A DNA stretch of 64,000 nucleotides from an uncultured Planctomycetota bacterium (GTDB lineage: Bacteria > Planctomycetota > Planctomycetia > Isosphaerales > Isosphaeraceae), in contig CAWJTV010000039.1 in the NCBI GenBank assembly GCA_963845755.1, forward strand, positions 192,001 to 256,000, written 5' to 3'. Position numbers and translations under genes: made by a program. Shown piece by piece: positions 19,909-31,301 of this stretch. Within the stretch, counting starts at the first letter, position 1; each line of letters starts with the position of its first letter. Below the pieces are notes generated by a model that had not been told where the DNA came from, ran no database searches, and worked only from the letters and a program-made list of their open reading frames with translations.

Positions 19909-21088
19909 TCAAATGTCCGGGCTTTCCCCTTCGGCGGTGGCCTGAACGGCTGGGTGTGGCTCGGATCGCACGATGCGAATCCCGATCTTCCTCGCGCGAC
20001 CTCGGCGTCTTCCTCCTTGCGGATGAAATACACCTCGGTGGTGCGGATATCGCTGTGGCCGGCGAATTCGCGCACTTCGAGCATCGTCGCGCCATTGCGG
20101 ATGGCGTCGTTGATGGCCGTCTTGCATAAGCTATGGATGCCGATGCCGCGGCTACCCAGCCGCCTGGGATCGATGCCCGCCGCCTCGCAGTATTTCTTGA
20201 CCAGCCGCCAGGGAGTCTTGCGGTCGAGGTGCCGCCGCACCAAGCCGCTGCTGTCCGGCGTCATCGGCCGGAAGAGGGTTCCCTCCCGGTCATCCTTGAT
20301 ACCGGCCTGCGCGACGTAGGCCAGGACCGGCCGGGCGGCGTCGAGCAGGATTTTCCGTCGCTTACGGTTCCGCTTCTCGGTGACATGGAGGTAGTGATCG
20401 ACACCGTCGGTCTCCAGGTGGTCGAACGCAGGCTCCGGTGACCGCCGACACCCGGCACCCCGTCAAAAAGAACACGCTCAACATCGCCAGGTCGCGGATG
20501 CCTTGCAGTGTGTCGGTCGGGATGGCCTCCAGCAGGGCCACGGCCTGCTTCTGGGTGAGGGAAGGGGTGGAGTTCTTCTGAACGCCGGCGGCCTTGACGG
20601 CGGCAATGTCCTGGGCGCTCTCCCAGGAAATCAGCCCCTTGGCGGCGAGTTGCTGGTAGGCACCGCGGAGTACGGACAGGCGTCGGGCGATGGTGGCGGT
20701 GGTCATGCCGGCTTCGTGCAGGGCTCGTTTATAAAACTTCACATGATCGGCGGTGACGATTAAGGGTGCCACCCCCTGGGCCTGTATCTGCCGGAAAAAT
20801 TCCGTAAGGTCGCGATGGTACGCCTTGACCGAGTGATTCGACGGTAGCGCGTCGCAGATCCAGGGCACCAGGGCGGCGGTCAGAGCCTGCCCCGCATTGG
20901 TTGAGGGGGTCACTTCCGGTGGCTTCCAGGGCGCGGGCGAGGAAGGCTTGGACTTTGTCCGCGGCCGGGGCGTCGCCCTCGAGGAAGTCGCTGCGCTCCG
21001 GCACGAGGGGAGGGCGGCGCGGTGCCGCCTCGGCCTGCGGTAAGGGGAGGGTCGGGAGCGTGGGTGAGGGGATGGAGTCCATGGGCAT
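19909..21088 (-). pseudogene. Tyrosine recombinase (XerD-like), frameshifted, HxxR reads HSLC
   Basis: SAM-like N-terminal domain (TIARRLSVLR), RDLAML...TGCRVSAV, HSLCKT...AGHSDIRTTEVY. Confidence 0.82.
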
Positions 21089-21497
21089 AATGTCACCGGA
21101 TAAAAGGTAGGGACGTAAAGCAGATTCTGTCCCTTCCTGCCGAGCCGCCCCAAAGGTCAGGACGCCGCGCCCACACAGGCGATTAGGATCAATGCCCGAG
21201 GGTCCTTACGGCGCGATCGGAGGTGAGAATCGGGTGGGAGGTGCTTCTAGGTCGTCGGGTCCGCTCGGTCCCCGATCGGACATCACCCGTCGGTACGACT
21301 GCAGAAACGCGACTGCACCCACTGGGCGGTTGCGCCTTGCATCGGCGGGCATGAACTCGCAAGAATTGAGAACTACAGATCTTCAGGCCGGTATGTTTGG
21401 ATGCAAAAGTGGGGGATTGCGGTCGCCTATCCCGTCACACGTCCATCAACTCATCCGACGGAGCGAGAAATCCCGCGGAGCAATCAGGAAGTCCTCC

Positions 21498-24349
21498 ATG
21501 CGCGAGTCAACTGATCCGGCCCAAGGAACACCTGCTCTTCCTCCCGCCCCGCGGGCGGACCGTTGCGAGGACGCGGACTCTGCGGCACCCTCGCCACTCC
21601 CGTCCGTCGAATCGACGATCACGGATGCCGAGATTGTTGACAGGACGCAGGTATTGCCCCTTGCAACCGTGTTCGCGGAGACCGGGCCCTCTCAGGATGC
21701 GCACGACACGCCCTCCTCCGAGATCCGGTCGGGCCCCCAGTCCGAGAGGGCGGCCAAAGATGGGCAGGGCCAGCTCCGCGGCCATCCCTCCGGGATCGCC
21801 GGTTACGAGATCCTCGGTGTGCTGGGGCAAGGGGCCATGGGGATCGTCTACAAGGCCCGCCAACGCGGATTGAAGCGGGTGGTCGCCCTCAAGATGGTCC
21901 CCTCGGGACATTACTGCGGCTCGGCGGAACTGACCCGGTTCCGCCTCGAGGCGTGGACTGTGGCCGAGCTCCAGCATCCCAACATCGTCCAGATCTACGA
22001 GGTCGGCGAGGAGAGCGGCCATCAGTTCTTCTCGCTCGAATACGTCGAGGGCGGCAGCCTGGCCAGGAAGATCGACGCCACGCCGCAGCCGCCGATGGAA
22101 GCGGCGCGCCTGGTCCGCGTGCTGGCCGACGCCATGGAATACGCCCACTGCCGCGGCATCATCCACCGCGACCTGAAGCCCGCCAACATCTTGCTGACGG
22201 CCGACGGCATGCCCAAGATCAGCGACTTCGGGCTGGCCAAGCGGCTCGCCGACGACGACGGGCAGACGGTATTGGGTTCGATCCTGGGCTCGCCCGGCTT
22301 CATGGCCCCCGAGCAGGCCGAGGGTCGGAACTTCGAGGTCGGTCCCCGCTGCGACGTCTACGGGCTGGGGGCCATCCTTTACAACCTTCTGACGGGGCGG
22401 CCACCCTTCCGGGCCGCGTCGGTGCTGGAAACGCTCGAACTGGTCAAGACTCAGGAGCCCATCACACCGTCGCAGTTCCAGCCGAAGCTCACGCGTGACC
22501 TGGAGACGATCTGCCTGAAGTGCCTCCAGAAGGATCCCGCGTTGCGGTACGCCACCGCGGGCGACCTGGCCGCGGACCTCCACCGCTTCGAGGCCGGTGA
22601 GCCGATCGTGGCGCGGCCCGTCCACCGCGCCGAGCGCCTCTGGCGGTGGTCCCGACGCAACCCGCGCGCCGCGGCCGTAAGTGGGGCGATTGTCCTGCTG
22701 GTCGTCGGCTGGGCGGTGACCTCGACGGTGCTCTATCGACGGGCCAGGGCCAGCCAGCAGGCCGCTGTCCTCGCGGCCGCGGATGCCCGACGTCATGAGG
22801 CCATCGCCTTCGAGAACGCCATAGCAGCCCGGCGCAGTGCCGAGCAGGCCCAGCGCAACGCCGACCTCGCCCGCCGCCGCGAGGAGGCCGCGACGACGAC
22901 GGCCCAGAACGCCATTACCCGGATGATCCACCTGGGCAACCAGCTCCTGGGCCGGCTCAGGGCCAGGCACGACCCGCCCCAGACCGAGACCCAATGGCTC
23001 GGACTCCGCGAGGACCTGATCGCCCTCATGACCAAGGAGACGGTCGCCATGGCGCAGCAGATCGAGAGCCAGGAGATCGTCTCGTTCGCCGTGGTCGCCA
23101 CGCATCAGCAGTTGGGCGACCTGCTCCGGAACCTCGGCCAGGGCGAGGATGCGCGGCGGCAGTTCCAACGCGCCTGCGAGTTGCTCGACCGGATTGTCGC
23201 CGCCCAGCCCGGTAATGACGTCGCGCGGGCCAATCTCGGCGTGATGGTCCAGCGGCTCGGCGAGATGGCCCTGAACCTCGACGGCGACGCTGCAGGGCGC
23301 TCGGCGAATTCCAGCGTAGCTGGGACCTTCAGCAGCAGATCGCCGAACATCCTCGCAGCGGATTCTACAAAGACGAGGACAACCACCGCCTGCTCTCACA
23401 CGCCGCGATCAAGCAAGGCTTCGCCGAGCTCGGACTCGGACACCCCGCCGAGGCCCGCGACCGATTCCAGGCCGCGTGGGAGCATCGCACCGCCTGGTTG
23501 AAGGCCAAACCTCAAGATGCCGCGGTTTTCAGCTACCTGTCGCAAGCCGAGCTCTGGCTGGGTGTCGCTTCCAGCCACCTCGATGACTGGCCGGCCGCGC
23601 GTCCGCACTTCGATCGGGCCCTCGAGATCTGCCAGGACCTGTCTCGTCGTTTCCCGACCCAGTTCTCCTTCCGCGGAGACCTCGCAGAGGTGCATGGCGC
23701 ATACGCCGAGGCGCTCGAGCGCCTCGGGAAGGATGATGAGGCCGAGCAGGCCAATCTCCGATCGCTACAATGCGCCGAGGAAGCACTGGTTCAAGACCAG
23801 CAGGGCACGGCGCCTCGATCGCTCATCGCCGCGGCTCACGAGCGGCTCGCCGCGATCGCCCTCCTCCGCAACCGGCCGGCGGAGGCCGAGAAACACCGGC
23901 GCACGGCACTCGAGATCCGTACGGACCTGGCGAAAGTCGAACCCCACAATCTGCCGCGACAGGCCATGTTCGCGCTGGCCCTGGCGCACTGCGGTCGCCG
24001 GGATGAGGCGAGGGGCAAGGCCGAGGAACTCCTCCACACGGCGGCGGACCGCCCCGCCATCCTGCTCCCCCTGGCACGCACCTACGCCGCATGCGCGACG
24101 AGCGATCCCGATCGCCGCCGCGACCTGTCGCGGATGATCGATGCGCTCAATGCCGCGATCGATCACGGCTACCGCGATGCGCTCGCCATACGGACCGACC
24201 CCGACCTTACTCCCTTCCTGACCGAACCGGCCTTTCGGGCGTCCTCGATGGCCTCAAGGCGAAACGGTAGATCGGACGGACGCCGTTTCCCCCCTGTCCG
24301 GGATGAAAAGCCTGCGGTTACAGTGATGGGGATTTCGGCGTTCTGGTGA
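21498..24349 (+). CDS. Ser/Thr protein kinase with TM segment and TPR region (frameshift near 23300)
   Basis: LGQGAMGIVY, VALK, HRDLKPANIL, DFGLAK, APE; TPR-like helices; C-terminal D..IRTDPDL motif. Confidence 0.9.
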
Positions 24350-24409
24350 AGTCGATCACGCGTTTTCGGCCGTCAGGTGGATGTCTTGGAACAGTGCTGG
24401 GAGGATGAA

Positions 24410-24718
24410 ATGGCGGCGGTAACCGTCGAGGTTCCCAACGACGCGTTCTCCGCATTGCGGCGCTCGCCGAAGAAGTTTGCCCAGGACATGTGGATCGCCG
24501 CGGCCATCCCGTGGTATCACCAGCGACTGATCTCCCAGGGGAAGGCCGCTGCCATAGCCGGCCTGAGCCGCAGAGAGTTCCTGATGGCGCTGTCCCATGC
24601 CAAGGTGGAAGCCAGCGAGGTTGACATCGAGGAAATGATGGAGGAGGTTGAACGTGATCTCCAGGCGCGTCGTGAACGCCTCGCCCCTGATCTTCCTGAC
24701 CGAAGTGGGGCTCCTTGA
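24410..24718 (+). CDS. UPF0175-family antitoxin-like protein
   Basis: ISQGKAAAIAGLSRREFL HTH; directly followed by a PIN-like fragment. Confidence 0.8.
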   Translation: MAAVTVEVPNDAFSALRRSPKKFAQDMWIAAAIPWYHQRLISQGKAAAIAGLSRREFLMALSHAKVEASEVDIEEMMEEVERDLQARRERLAPDLPDRSGAP

Positions 24719-24790
24719 GGTCTTGCATCCGCCGGGTGTCCTCGTTCTGGTGCCCGACGTGGTCCTGGTCGAGATCAATAGTCTTGCCCC
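24648..24790 (+). pseudogene. Truncated DUF3368/PIN-like toxin N-terminus
   Basis: VVNASPLIFL...VLVPDVVLVEI motif, after which homology is lost. Confidence 0.65.
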
Positions 24791-25302
24791 TTGCCCCCAA
24801 CGATCCGTCGATTCAGGCCGTTCGGTTCACACTCCTCGGCTGGGCCGCCGCTGGCATCGTACGTATTGCGTTCACCGGGCTTCCCGCGGATGCGCCCGAT
24901 CGCACGAAGAGCCCGACGCAGGTTGATGAGCGCCGGGCAATTGAGGTGCAAGGCTGCCACGGTCGCTCGGCCCGTCGCGTTGCGCCCCTCGATACGCAGG
25001 AGGTCTGGGCTCCAGGCGAAGTGGCGCGACCATTGCTGACGGCGCGGGTTGAACAGGGGGACGGTTCGCCCGGTTTGTGGATCGTGCGCCTGCGTTTTGG
25101 CATACTTGTGGCCGTTACACGCCGGGCACGCCCAGGCCAGCTCGTCCGCGGTGCTCCCCGCGCCGAGCATCCGGGGCAGGACATGCTCACAGACAAACGG
25201 GGCGCACGAATAACTCGCGGGATGCCGGCAGTATTCGCAGTGGTCGCCGGCGCGGTCGCGCACCTGGCGCCGGACTGGCCGCGGGATCGCCTCATGCGCC
25301 AT
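24775..25302 (-). CDS. HNH endonuclease
   Basis: VRDRAGDHCEYC...EHVLP...LAWACPACNGHK...LFNPR..W..HF.W...TGRATV..L.LN. Confidence 0.88.
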   Translation of the reverse strand: MAHEAIPRPVRRQVRDRAGDHCEYCRHPASYSCAPFVCEHVLPRMLGAGSTADELAWACPACNGHKYAKTQAHDPQTGRTVPLFNPRRQQWSRHFAWSPDLLRIEGRNATGRATVAALHLNCPALINLRRALRAIGRIRGKPGERNTYDASGGPAEECEPNGLNRRIVGGKGQDY

Positions 25303-25690
25303 TCTTAGGGCCTTCGCAGCCGATTTCCGTCTTCACGGCCTGCACCGATTTCCCCTGGCGGCGCGCCAGCTCCGCCAGGGCCTCGGCCCGCGCGGCGTCG
25401 AGCCGCTGGACTTCCTGTGACAGGGTTTGGTACTCGGCCAACTCGTTCCGGGTCAGAAGTCCGCGCTCGCTCCTGGCGATGAGTCTCTTGAGACGCCGCT
25501 CCGCCGCCGCCGGCAGCCGGACCTTGGCGGCCCGGGCCAAAGTCGCCTCGTCAGACCCCTCATTCCCGTTTTCTGCGCGGCGCACGGCCAGGCGGCGCTC
25601 GAACTCGCGCCGCTGCGCGGGTGAGAGGCGATCGACCGCATCGAGGAGCTGTTCCAGGCTGAGCGGGTCGGGTGCCGGCGGCGCGGCCAT
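25292..25690 (-). CDS. Small helical partner of the HNH gene (antitoxin-like)
   Basis: Overlaps the HNH start; RLKRLIARSERGLLT..E..EY..L motif as in HNH-upstream genes. Confidence 0.65.
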   Translation of the reverse strand: MAAPPAPDPLSLEQLLDAVDRLSPAQRREFERRLAVRRAENGNEGSDEATLARAAKVRLPAAAERRLKRLIARSERGLLTRNELAEYQTLSQEVQRLDAARAEALAELARRQGKSVQAVKTEIGCEGPKNGA

Positions 25691-25764
25691 GACGATTCCT
25701 CCTTCACTACCCGGCGATCTTACACGACCCCCGCTGCCGTGTGAACTCCAGCACTTGCCGCGAT

Positions 25765-25902
25765 CCCAACAACGCATCCTCCGCACTGCGGCGCTCGCCG
25801 AAGGAGTTTGCCGAGGACATGCGGAACGCCGCGGCTATCCCGTGGTATCACCAGCGACTGATCTCCCAGGGGAAGGCTGCCGTGATCGCTAGCCCGAGCC
25901 GC
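25765..25902 (+). repeat. Degenerate duplicate of the UPF0175 gene interior (24434-24570)
   Basis: Shares the identical run ATCCCGTGGTATCACCAGCGACTGATCTCCCAGGGGAAGGC and similar flanks. Confidence 0.85.
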
Positions 25903-25987
25903 GCGTCCACCGTCGTGAGACCGTGGTCACAGGCTCGGGATCAATTCGGAGTGTCAACTCTTGGGCACGAAGTTTCGTTTTGTGACA

Positions 25988-28900
25988 TTAACGGTTCCCA
26001 ACACTATTTCCCCGCCGGATCGGCTGGTTCGAGATCGCGACCTGATCGATCGCCAGGTCTTGAATCATCGCGCCGGACGGCGACTCGTCATCGAGGGCGC
26101 CCAGGATTTCATCGACCGCGAGGTCCGAAGAGACCGTTGCGGAACCAGACGTCGCCTTCTGGACCGTCTGCCTCAGCGCAGCCGATGTGCTGGGATTGAA
26201 GCTCGTGTCCCCGCCGTAGACGGCCTTGATCGTGAAGGTGCCGACCGCCAACGTCGATGTCGTGAAGCTGGCGATGCCGTTGTTGAGCGTGTCCATGCCC
26301 AGAATCGTCGAGCCGGCGTAAAAGCTGACCGTGCCCGTGGGAGTTCCACTCCCCGGCGCCACGACGTTGATCATGGCGGTGAACGTCACCGGCTGGCCGA
26401 CGCTCGACGGGTTGGCCGAGGAGACCCCCGTCGCCGTCGTGGTGGCCTGTTTCACCTTCTGGGTCAGGCCAGGAGAGGTCGAGCCGGTGAAGTCGGTGTC
26501 GCCGTTGTAAACCGCCGTGATCGCGTGTGAGCCGACGACAAGACTTGAGGTGGCGAACGTCGTCTGATCGGCGCCGTTGACGACCGAGAGCGTGCCGCCG
26601 CCGAGCATCGTCGAGCCGTCGTAGAAGGCGACGGTTCCGGTCGGTGTCCCACTCCCCGGTGACTTCGCCGACACCGTGGCCGTGAACGTCACCGTCTCGC
26701 CGAATTCGGATGGGTTCGCCGACGAGGACAGCTTGGTGGTCGTCGCGTCCAGGTTGACCGTCTGCGTCAGGGCCGCCGAGTCGCTGGTCAGGAAGTTGCC
26801 ATCGCCGCTGTAACTCACCGTGATCGTGTGCGTGGCGACCGCCAGTGCCGTCGTGCTGAAGGTCGCTTTCCCTCCACTGAGCCCGACCGTGGTCAGGACC
26901 GTCGAGCCGTCCAGGATCGTCACGGTGCCGGTTGGTGTACCGCCGCCCGGCGACGCGGCCTTGACCGTGGTCGTGAACGTGACGGACTGGCCGAAGACGG
27001 ACGGGTCCTTGGAGGACGTTACGGTCGTCGTCGTCGCGTCCGGGTTGACCATCTCCGTCACGGTGGCAGAGGTACTGGTCCCGTAGTTCGGATCCCCGCT
27101 GTAAACGGCGGAGATCGGGTGTGAGCCCACCGACAGGGCGCCCGTCTTGAAGCTCGCCGTCTTTCCGCTGAGCGCGACCGTGGCCAGGACGGTCGAGCCG
27201 TCCAGGAAGGTGATGGATCCTGTCGGTGTCCCGCCGCCCGGGGGTACCACGGACACGGTCGCCGTCAGGTTGACCGACTGACCCCAGACCGATGGGTTGG
27301 CCGATGAGCTGAGGGTCACGGTCGTGGTGTCCGAGCTGACGACCTGGGTCAGGCTAGATGATGAGCTCGTGGCGAAGCTGGCATCGCCGGCGTAGACGAC
27401 CAAGATCGCGTGCGACCCGATCGTCAGTCCGGTCGTCCTGAACGTGGCTTTTCCGCCGCCGAGCGTGGCGGTCCCCAGGCTGGTCGAACCATCATAGAAA
27501 GTGACCGTGCCCGTGGGCGTGCCTTTGTTGGGCGGTGTCGGTTTCACCGTGGCCGTGAAGGTCACGGACTGACCGAAGGCCGATGGATTCGCCGAGGATG
27601 TGAGGCTCGTCGTGCTGCTCTCCTCGGCCCCGAGCACGACGGTACCGCTCGTGTAAGTCGGCTCAAAGGCGACGGGCCCGGCGATCGCCGACTCGTCGAT
27701 GGTCGAGAACGGACCGTTGAAGGGGTTGGCGTTGACCATCGTGAAGGTCTGGCCCAGGGTCGGCGTGAAGCCATTGATCAGGCCGAGGATCAGGCTGCCG
27801 CCGACCGTCGCGGACCCGCTCACGTCGAGCTGATCGTACTGGGTGCCGGCCGTCGTGCCGCCCAGTTCGATGTTGAGGCTGCCTGTGGCCGTCTGGGTGT
27901 AGTTGCCATTGATGGAGAGCAACCCGGCTGCGCCGGCGCCGCCGGGGATGACCTGGCCGCCGCTGTTGACGTTGGCATTGATCGTTCCGGAGCCGGTGAG
28001 AACGCCTGCGTTGATATCGAGGTCGCCGCCGAGGATGTCTCCCCCATTGAGGACGGTGGCACCCGCGGTCTGGATGTAATTGTCGATGCCGAGGTTGGTT
28101 GCGGACGCCACGGTCACCGTCCCCGAATTCGCGGCATCCGTCAGGTCGAGCTCGCCCTGCTGGACATCGACCGAGCCGGTGTTGCTGAACGGGACTTCGA
28201 TGTCGAAGTAGTCGTTGCCGACCGCGGTCACGGAGCCGGTGAAGCTGCCCGCATTGTTGAAGGCCACCGCCGAGCCGTCGCCCGCGACGATCCCGCCGTA
28301 GCTGGTGCCCACCACGGTGAGGCTCGCACCGGCCAGGTTGTTAATCACGGCGCCGGCCTCGAGCGCGGTACTGATCCCATTGTCCCCGGAGAGGTCCCAG
28401 GTCGCCGCGCCGTAGTTATTGAGCGTCGTCCCGTCGAGCGTGAGCGGGGGCTGAACACCCTGAGGACCCGTCGCGAAGATCGCCATCCCGCCGTAGGCGT
28501 CCACCGATGGGACGCCGAGGATCGAGCCCCCGTGGAGCGTCAGGAGCCCATTGGCCACGAAGCTGTCGGTGCCGTCCAGATTGGCAAGCGGGTCGAGCGT
28601 CACCGCCCCGATGGTCAGCGTCACCGGTCCGCCCGCCGCCGGGGCGAAGCTCACCGTGCCATCCACCTCCAGCGACGAGCCCAGGGCGACGGCGCCCGTG
28701 AACGTGGTCTCGACGGCATCGGTGTCGCCGGCGACGCTGTAGCTCCCCTCCACGGTGCAGTCGGAGAGAGCCACCGACCCCTGCGATGAAATCGCCGAGT
28801 CCGTCGTCAAGATCTGGCCGTCGATCTCCAGGCTGGTCCCGGCGGCGCCGGTGAACGTCCCGCCGCTGACCGTCGAGCCGTCGCCGCCGAGGACGAACGA

Positions 28901-29734
28901 CCCCTGCTGGACGGAGACCGAGCCGACGTCGGACTGCGTGAAGGTCGGCTCGATGAACGTCTCCCCGATGTTGCCCGCCGGCTGGATCAGCGCCCCCTCG
29001 TTGTCGAAGAAGGTGCCCGAGCCGTCGCTGGTGATCTGGCCGGCGGTCGCGTAGGGGAAGTCGGTCGGGAAGGTGAAGCGGCCCGTCGCCTGGTTGTCGA
29101 TCCCGGCCTCGTCCTCCAGCGCCAGGCTGAAGCTGCAGCAGCCGGCGGCGAGCGAGAGCGACGCGGCGCCGGCGTTCTCCAGCACGACGCCGTCGAGGGT
29201 CGCGGTATTCCCGGCATCGAGGCTGACCTGGAGCGCCGCGCCGTCGGCGATGTCGAGCGCCCCGAGGCCCGCGATTGTCCCTCCAGTCCAGGTCATCGTT
29301 CCGCTGATCGTGAGGTTCCCCGCCGTGCTCAACATCGCGTTGCCGAGCGTGAAGCTGCCGGCGATCGACGAGGACGTGTTGAGCGCCAGCGCGCCGTCCG
29401 AGATGTCGAGGGCCGAATCGCTCGACGAGATCGTCAGACTGTTGATCGAGTCGGAGGCGGACGAGGAATGCGTGACCATGATGCCGGGCAGATCGATGAC
29501 CACGTCGTCGGTCGGGCCGGGCAGCACGCCCGTATCCCAGTTCGACGGCGTATCCCAGTCGCCGCCATCTGGGTTGATCCAGGTCACCGTCGAGAGCAAG
29601 GTCCGGCCTTCCAGGATCTCCGCGCGCGGTCGGAGGCGCCGCGTTGCGTTGCGGGCCGATCGGCGGCCGCCCTTCGTGGGCCTGGGCGGCCGGAAGCCCG
29701 GTATTCTCTCGTCAACTCTCCGGTGCGAAGCCAT
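25988..29734 (-). CDS. Large surface protein: LEPR-xLL leader, beta-rich passenger region, five bacterial Ig-like (group 3) repeats
   Basis: ILEGRTLLS; five repeats of SSANPS.FGQ.VTFTATV...TPTGTV.F.DG...H.I...Y.GD. Confidence 0.9.
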   Translation of the reverse strand: MASHRRVDERIPGFRPPRPTKGGRRSARNATRRLRPRAEILEGRTLLSTVTWINPDGGDWDTPSNWDTGVLPGPTDDVVIDLPGIMVTHSSSASDSINSLTISSSDSALDISDGALALNTSSSIAGSFTLGNAMLSTAGNLTISGTMTWTGGTIAGLGALDIADGAALQVSLDAGNTATLDGVVLENAGAASLSLAAGCCSFSLALEDEAGIDNQATGRFTFPTDFPYATAGQITSDGSGTFFDNEGALIQPAGNIGETFIEPTFTQSDVGSVSVQQGSFVLGGDGSTVSGGTFTGAAGTSLEIDGQILTTDSAISSQGSVALSDCTVEGSYSVAGDTDAVETTFTGAVALGSSLEVDGTVSFAPAAGGPVTLTIGAVTLDPLANLDGTDSFVANGLLTLHGGSILGVPSVDAYGGMAIFATGPQGVQPPLTLDGTTLNNYGAATWDLSGDNGISTALEAGAVINNLAGASLTVVGTSYGGIVAGDGSAVAFNNAGSFTGSVTAVGNDYFDIEVPFSNTGSVDVQQGELDLTDAANSGTVTVASATNLGIDNYIQTAGATVLNGGDILGGDLDINAGVLTGSGTINANVNSGGQVIPGGAGAAGLLSINGNYTQTATGSLNIELGGTTAGTQYDQLDVSGSATVGGSLILGLINGFTPTLGQTFTMVNANPFNGPFSTIDESAIAGPVAFEPTYTSGTVVLGAEESSTTSLTSSANPSAFGQSVTFTATVKPTPPNKGTPTGTVTFYDGSTSLGTATLGGGKATFRTTGLTIGSHAILVVYAGDASFATSSSSSLTQVVSSDTTTVTLSSSANPSVWGQSVNLTATVSVVPPGGGTPTGSITFLDGSTVLATVALSGKTASFKTGALSVGSHPISAVYSGDPNYGTSTSATVTEMVNPDATTTTVTSSKDPSVFGQSVTFTTTVKAASPGGGTPTGTVTILDGSTVLTTVGLSGGKATFSTTALAVATHTITVSYSGDGNFLTSDSAALTQTVNLDATTTKLSSSANPSEFGETVTFTATVSAKSPGSGTPTGTVAFYDGSTMLGGGTLSVVNGADQTTFATSSLVVGSHAITAVYNGDTDFTGSTSPGLTQKVKQATTTATGVSSANPSSVGQPVTFTAMINVVAPGSGTPTGTVSFYAGSTILGMDTLNNGIASFTTSTLAVGTFTIKAVYGGDTSFNPSTSAALRQTVQKATSGSATVSSDLAVDEILGALDDESPSGAMIQDLAIDQVAISNQPIRRGNSVGNR

Positions 29735-29754
29735 GAAGAAGATCCTTACAAGTT

Positions 29755-29808
29755 GTTTCAAAACGGGGACTGGCTACGAGTCTTCGAGGTGCCTGTCCCC
29801 TTTGAAAC
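29755..29808. repeat. REP-like hairpin, family 1 copy 1
   Basis: GTTTCAAAACGGGGACTGGCTACGAGTCTTCGAGGTGCCTGTCCCCTTTGAAAC; near-identical direct copy at 31181-31236. Confidence 0.85.
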
Positions 29809-30203
29809 GGCCTCTTAACAAGGTGGCGCGTCGAGGAATCAATCGCCCATTGACTTTCGCCGAGGCGGTTTTTTCAGAGGAATCGTGGTCGATTCATGAC
29901 GGATTCGACCGGCGACGAGCCTTTCGCCGGCCAGGACCGGTTCTCTCCTGCAACGATCCGAATTCGGAATCCGATCTCGCCGCGGTGGCTCTCCGGCTTG
30001 ACTCCGCCGATCGGTCGGCCAGCTCTCATGGCGAGGCGCGGACGCCGATCAGCGCCGGCACGCCAGCGGCCACGACCTCAGATCCTTCAAGGGAAGAGAT
30101 GCACGAGATGAGGAAACCTATCGCGGATTCCCCAAGATTTTTGAGACTGTCGCAAGAGGACCGGGTTCTCCGCCGAGGGAGTCTCGGTGGGCCCATGGGA
30201 TCC

Positions 30204-30569
30204 TCGTTCCCACGCTCCCGCGTGGGAACGTCCGCCGGCGACGCTCCGCGTCGTCCGGTCCCGCGGGCCGCGGGGAACGCTGACGAAATAAACTCCCGAT
30301 ATTCTGGGGGACATCTCGGTCGGTCCTGGGAAGTTCTTTCGTCAGCGCTCCAAGGCGTCGCACAACAATGCCCAGGGTCGCCGGAGGCGCAGCCTGGGCA
30401 CCGATCACCAAACCTCAGCGCACCCCAAGGGGTTTCTCGGGTGTGGCCGCATGGCGGAACCTCCTTGGGGTGCTGGCGAATTCCAAGTAACGGGAAATCC
30501 GACGTCGCACGCCGACCCGGGGTGAGCCTCCGCCGACCCTGGGCTCGATTGTGTAACGCTCGGCGTAAG
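30204..30569. repeat. Cluster of REP-like palindromes
   Basis: TCGTTCCCACGCTCCCGCGTGGGAACG (30204-30230); 78-bp hairpin 30274-30351 repeated at 40500-40577; long CCCAGGGTCG...CGACCCTGGG hairpin related to 58086-58349. Confidence 0.75.
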
Positions 30570-31180
30570 GACTTTCTCACTCGAGATCATGAATCGTCCA
30601 CGGGAGGGACTCCCTCCGCGGACCCCCTGGGGTTGCGGCTCGGCCGCGCCAGGTGTTGATGAATTGTAGCCTATTATGGGATCAAGATCGGTCGCTGGAA
30701 TTCCTTATTTGACCCGAGAGGACGGACAACGCGCCCGTCGTGAGCTCGAGGTGACTGCCTGGCCTCAAGCCAGTTCATTGCGCATTAACTCCCTATAAGA
30801 ATGAAATTGGTCGATATCCAGTACCGAATCATATGATTTGGCACAACGGGTCAGAAAAAAATTTCAGAAAAACCAGGACGACCCTCTTGCATTCGCGGGG
30901 ACGCTCGGCATAGTAAGGAGTTGTTTCACGAGGCCGAACCGGTGAGACTAGGGACGCGGATGGATCGGACAACGCCGTGTTGAGAGCGGCGACTGTCGAT
31001 CTCATCCTCCCGAACTCGGACGGCCTGGTCCTTTCCCGATGATTCTAGCGATTCGCACCCTGACATCCCGGCGCTGAGGAACCGCGCCATGGACCGCGGC
31101 CAGTCCCTTCCGGAGGGAGCGGGTTCGCCGCGAGGGATCCCGTGCGCCTACGACCTGGGCGATCGAACTCCTTACACGCT

Positions 31181-31236
31181 GTTTCAAAACGGGGACTGGC
31201 TCCGAGTCTTCGAGGTGCCTGTCCCCCTTTTGAAAC
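31181..31236. repeat. REP-like hairpin, family 1 copy 2
   Basis: Direct repeat of 29755-29808. Confidence 0.85.
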
Positions 31237-31301
31237 CACCTTTTACGCGCGTCGCGGGAGGATGGTCGAGGTCCGCGCGTGGGGATCCGGGGGACCGCAT
31301 C

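Noticed and set aside
19909..21088. Tyrosine recombinase as the integron integrase for the attC array
   Set aside because: It is 13 kb away, I see no IntI-specific insertion, and it looks like a generic Xer-like protein.
29073..30659. 528-aa ORF and ORF 30026-30580
   Set aside because: Antisense to the Ig gene and/or running through REP hairpins.
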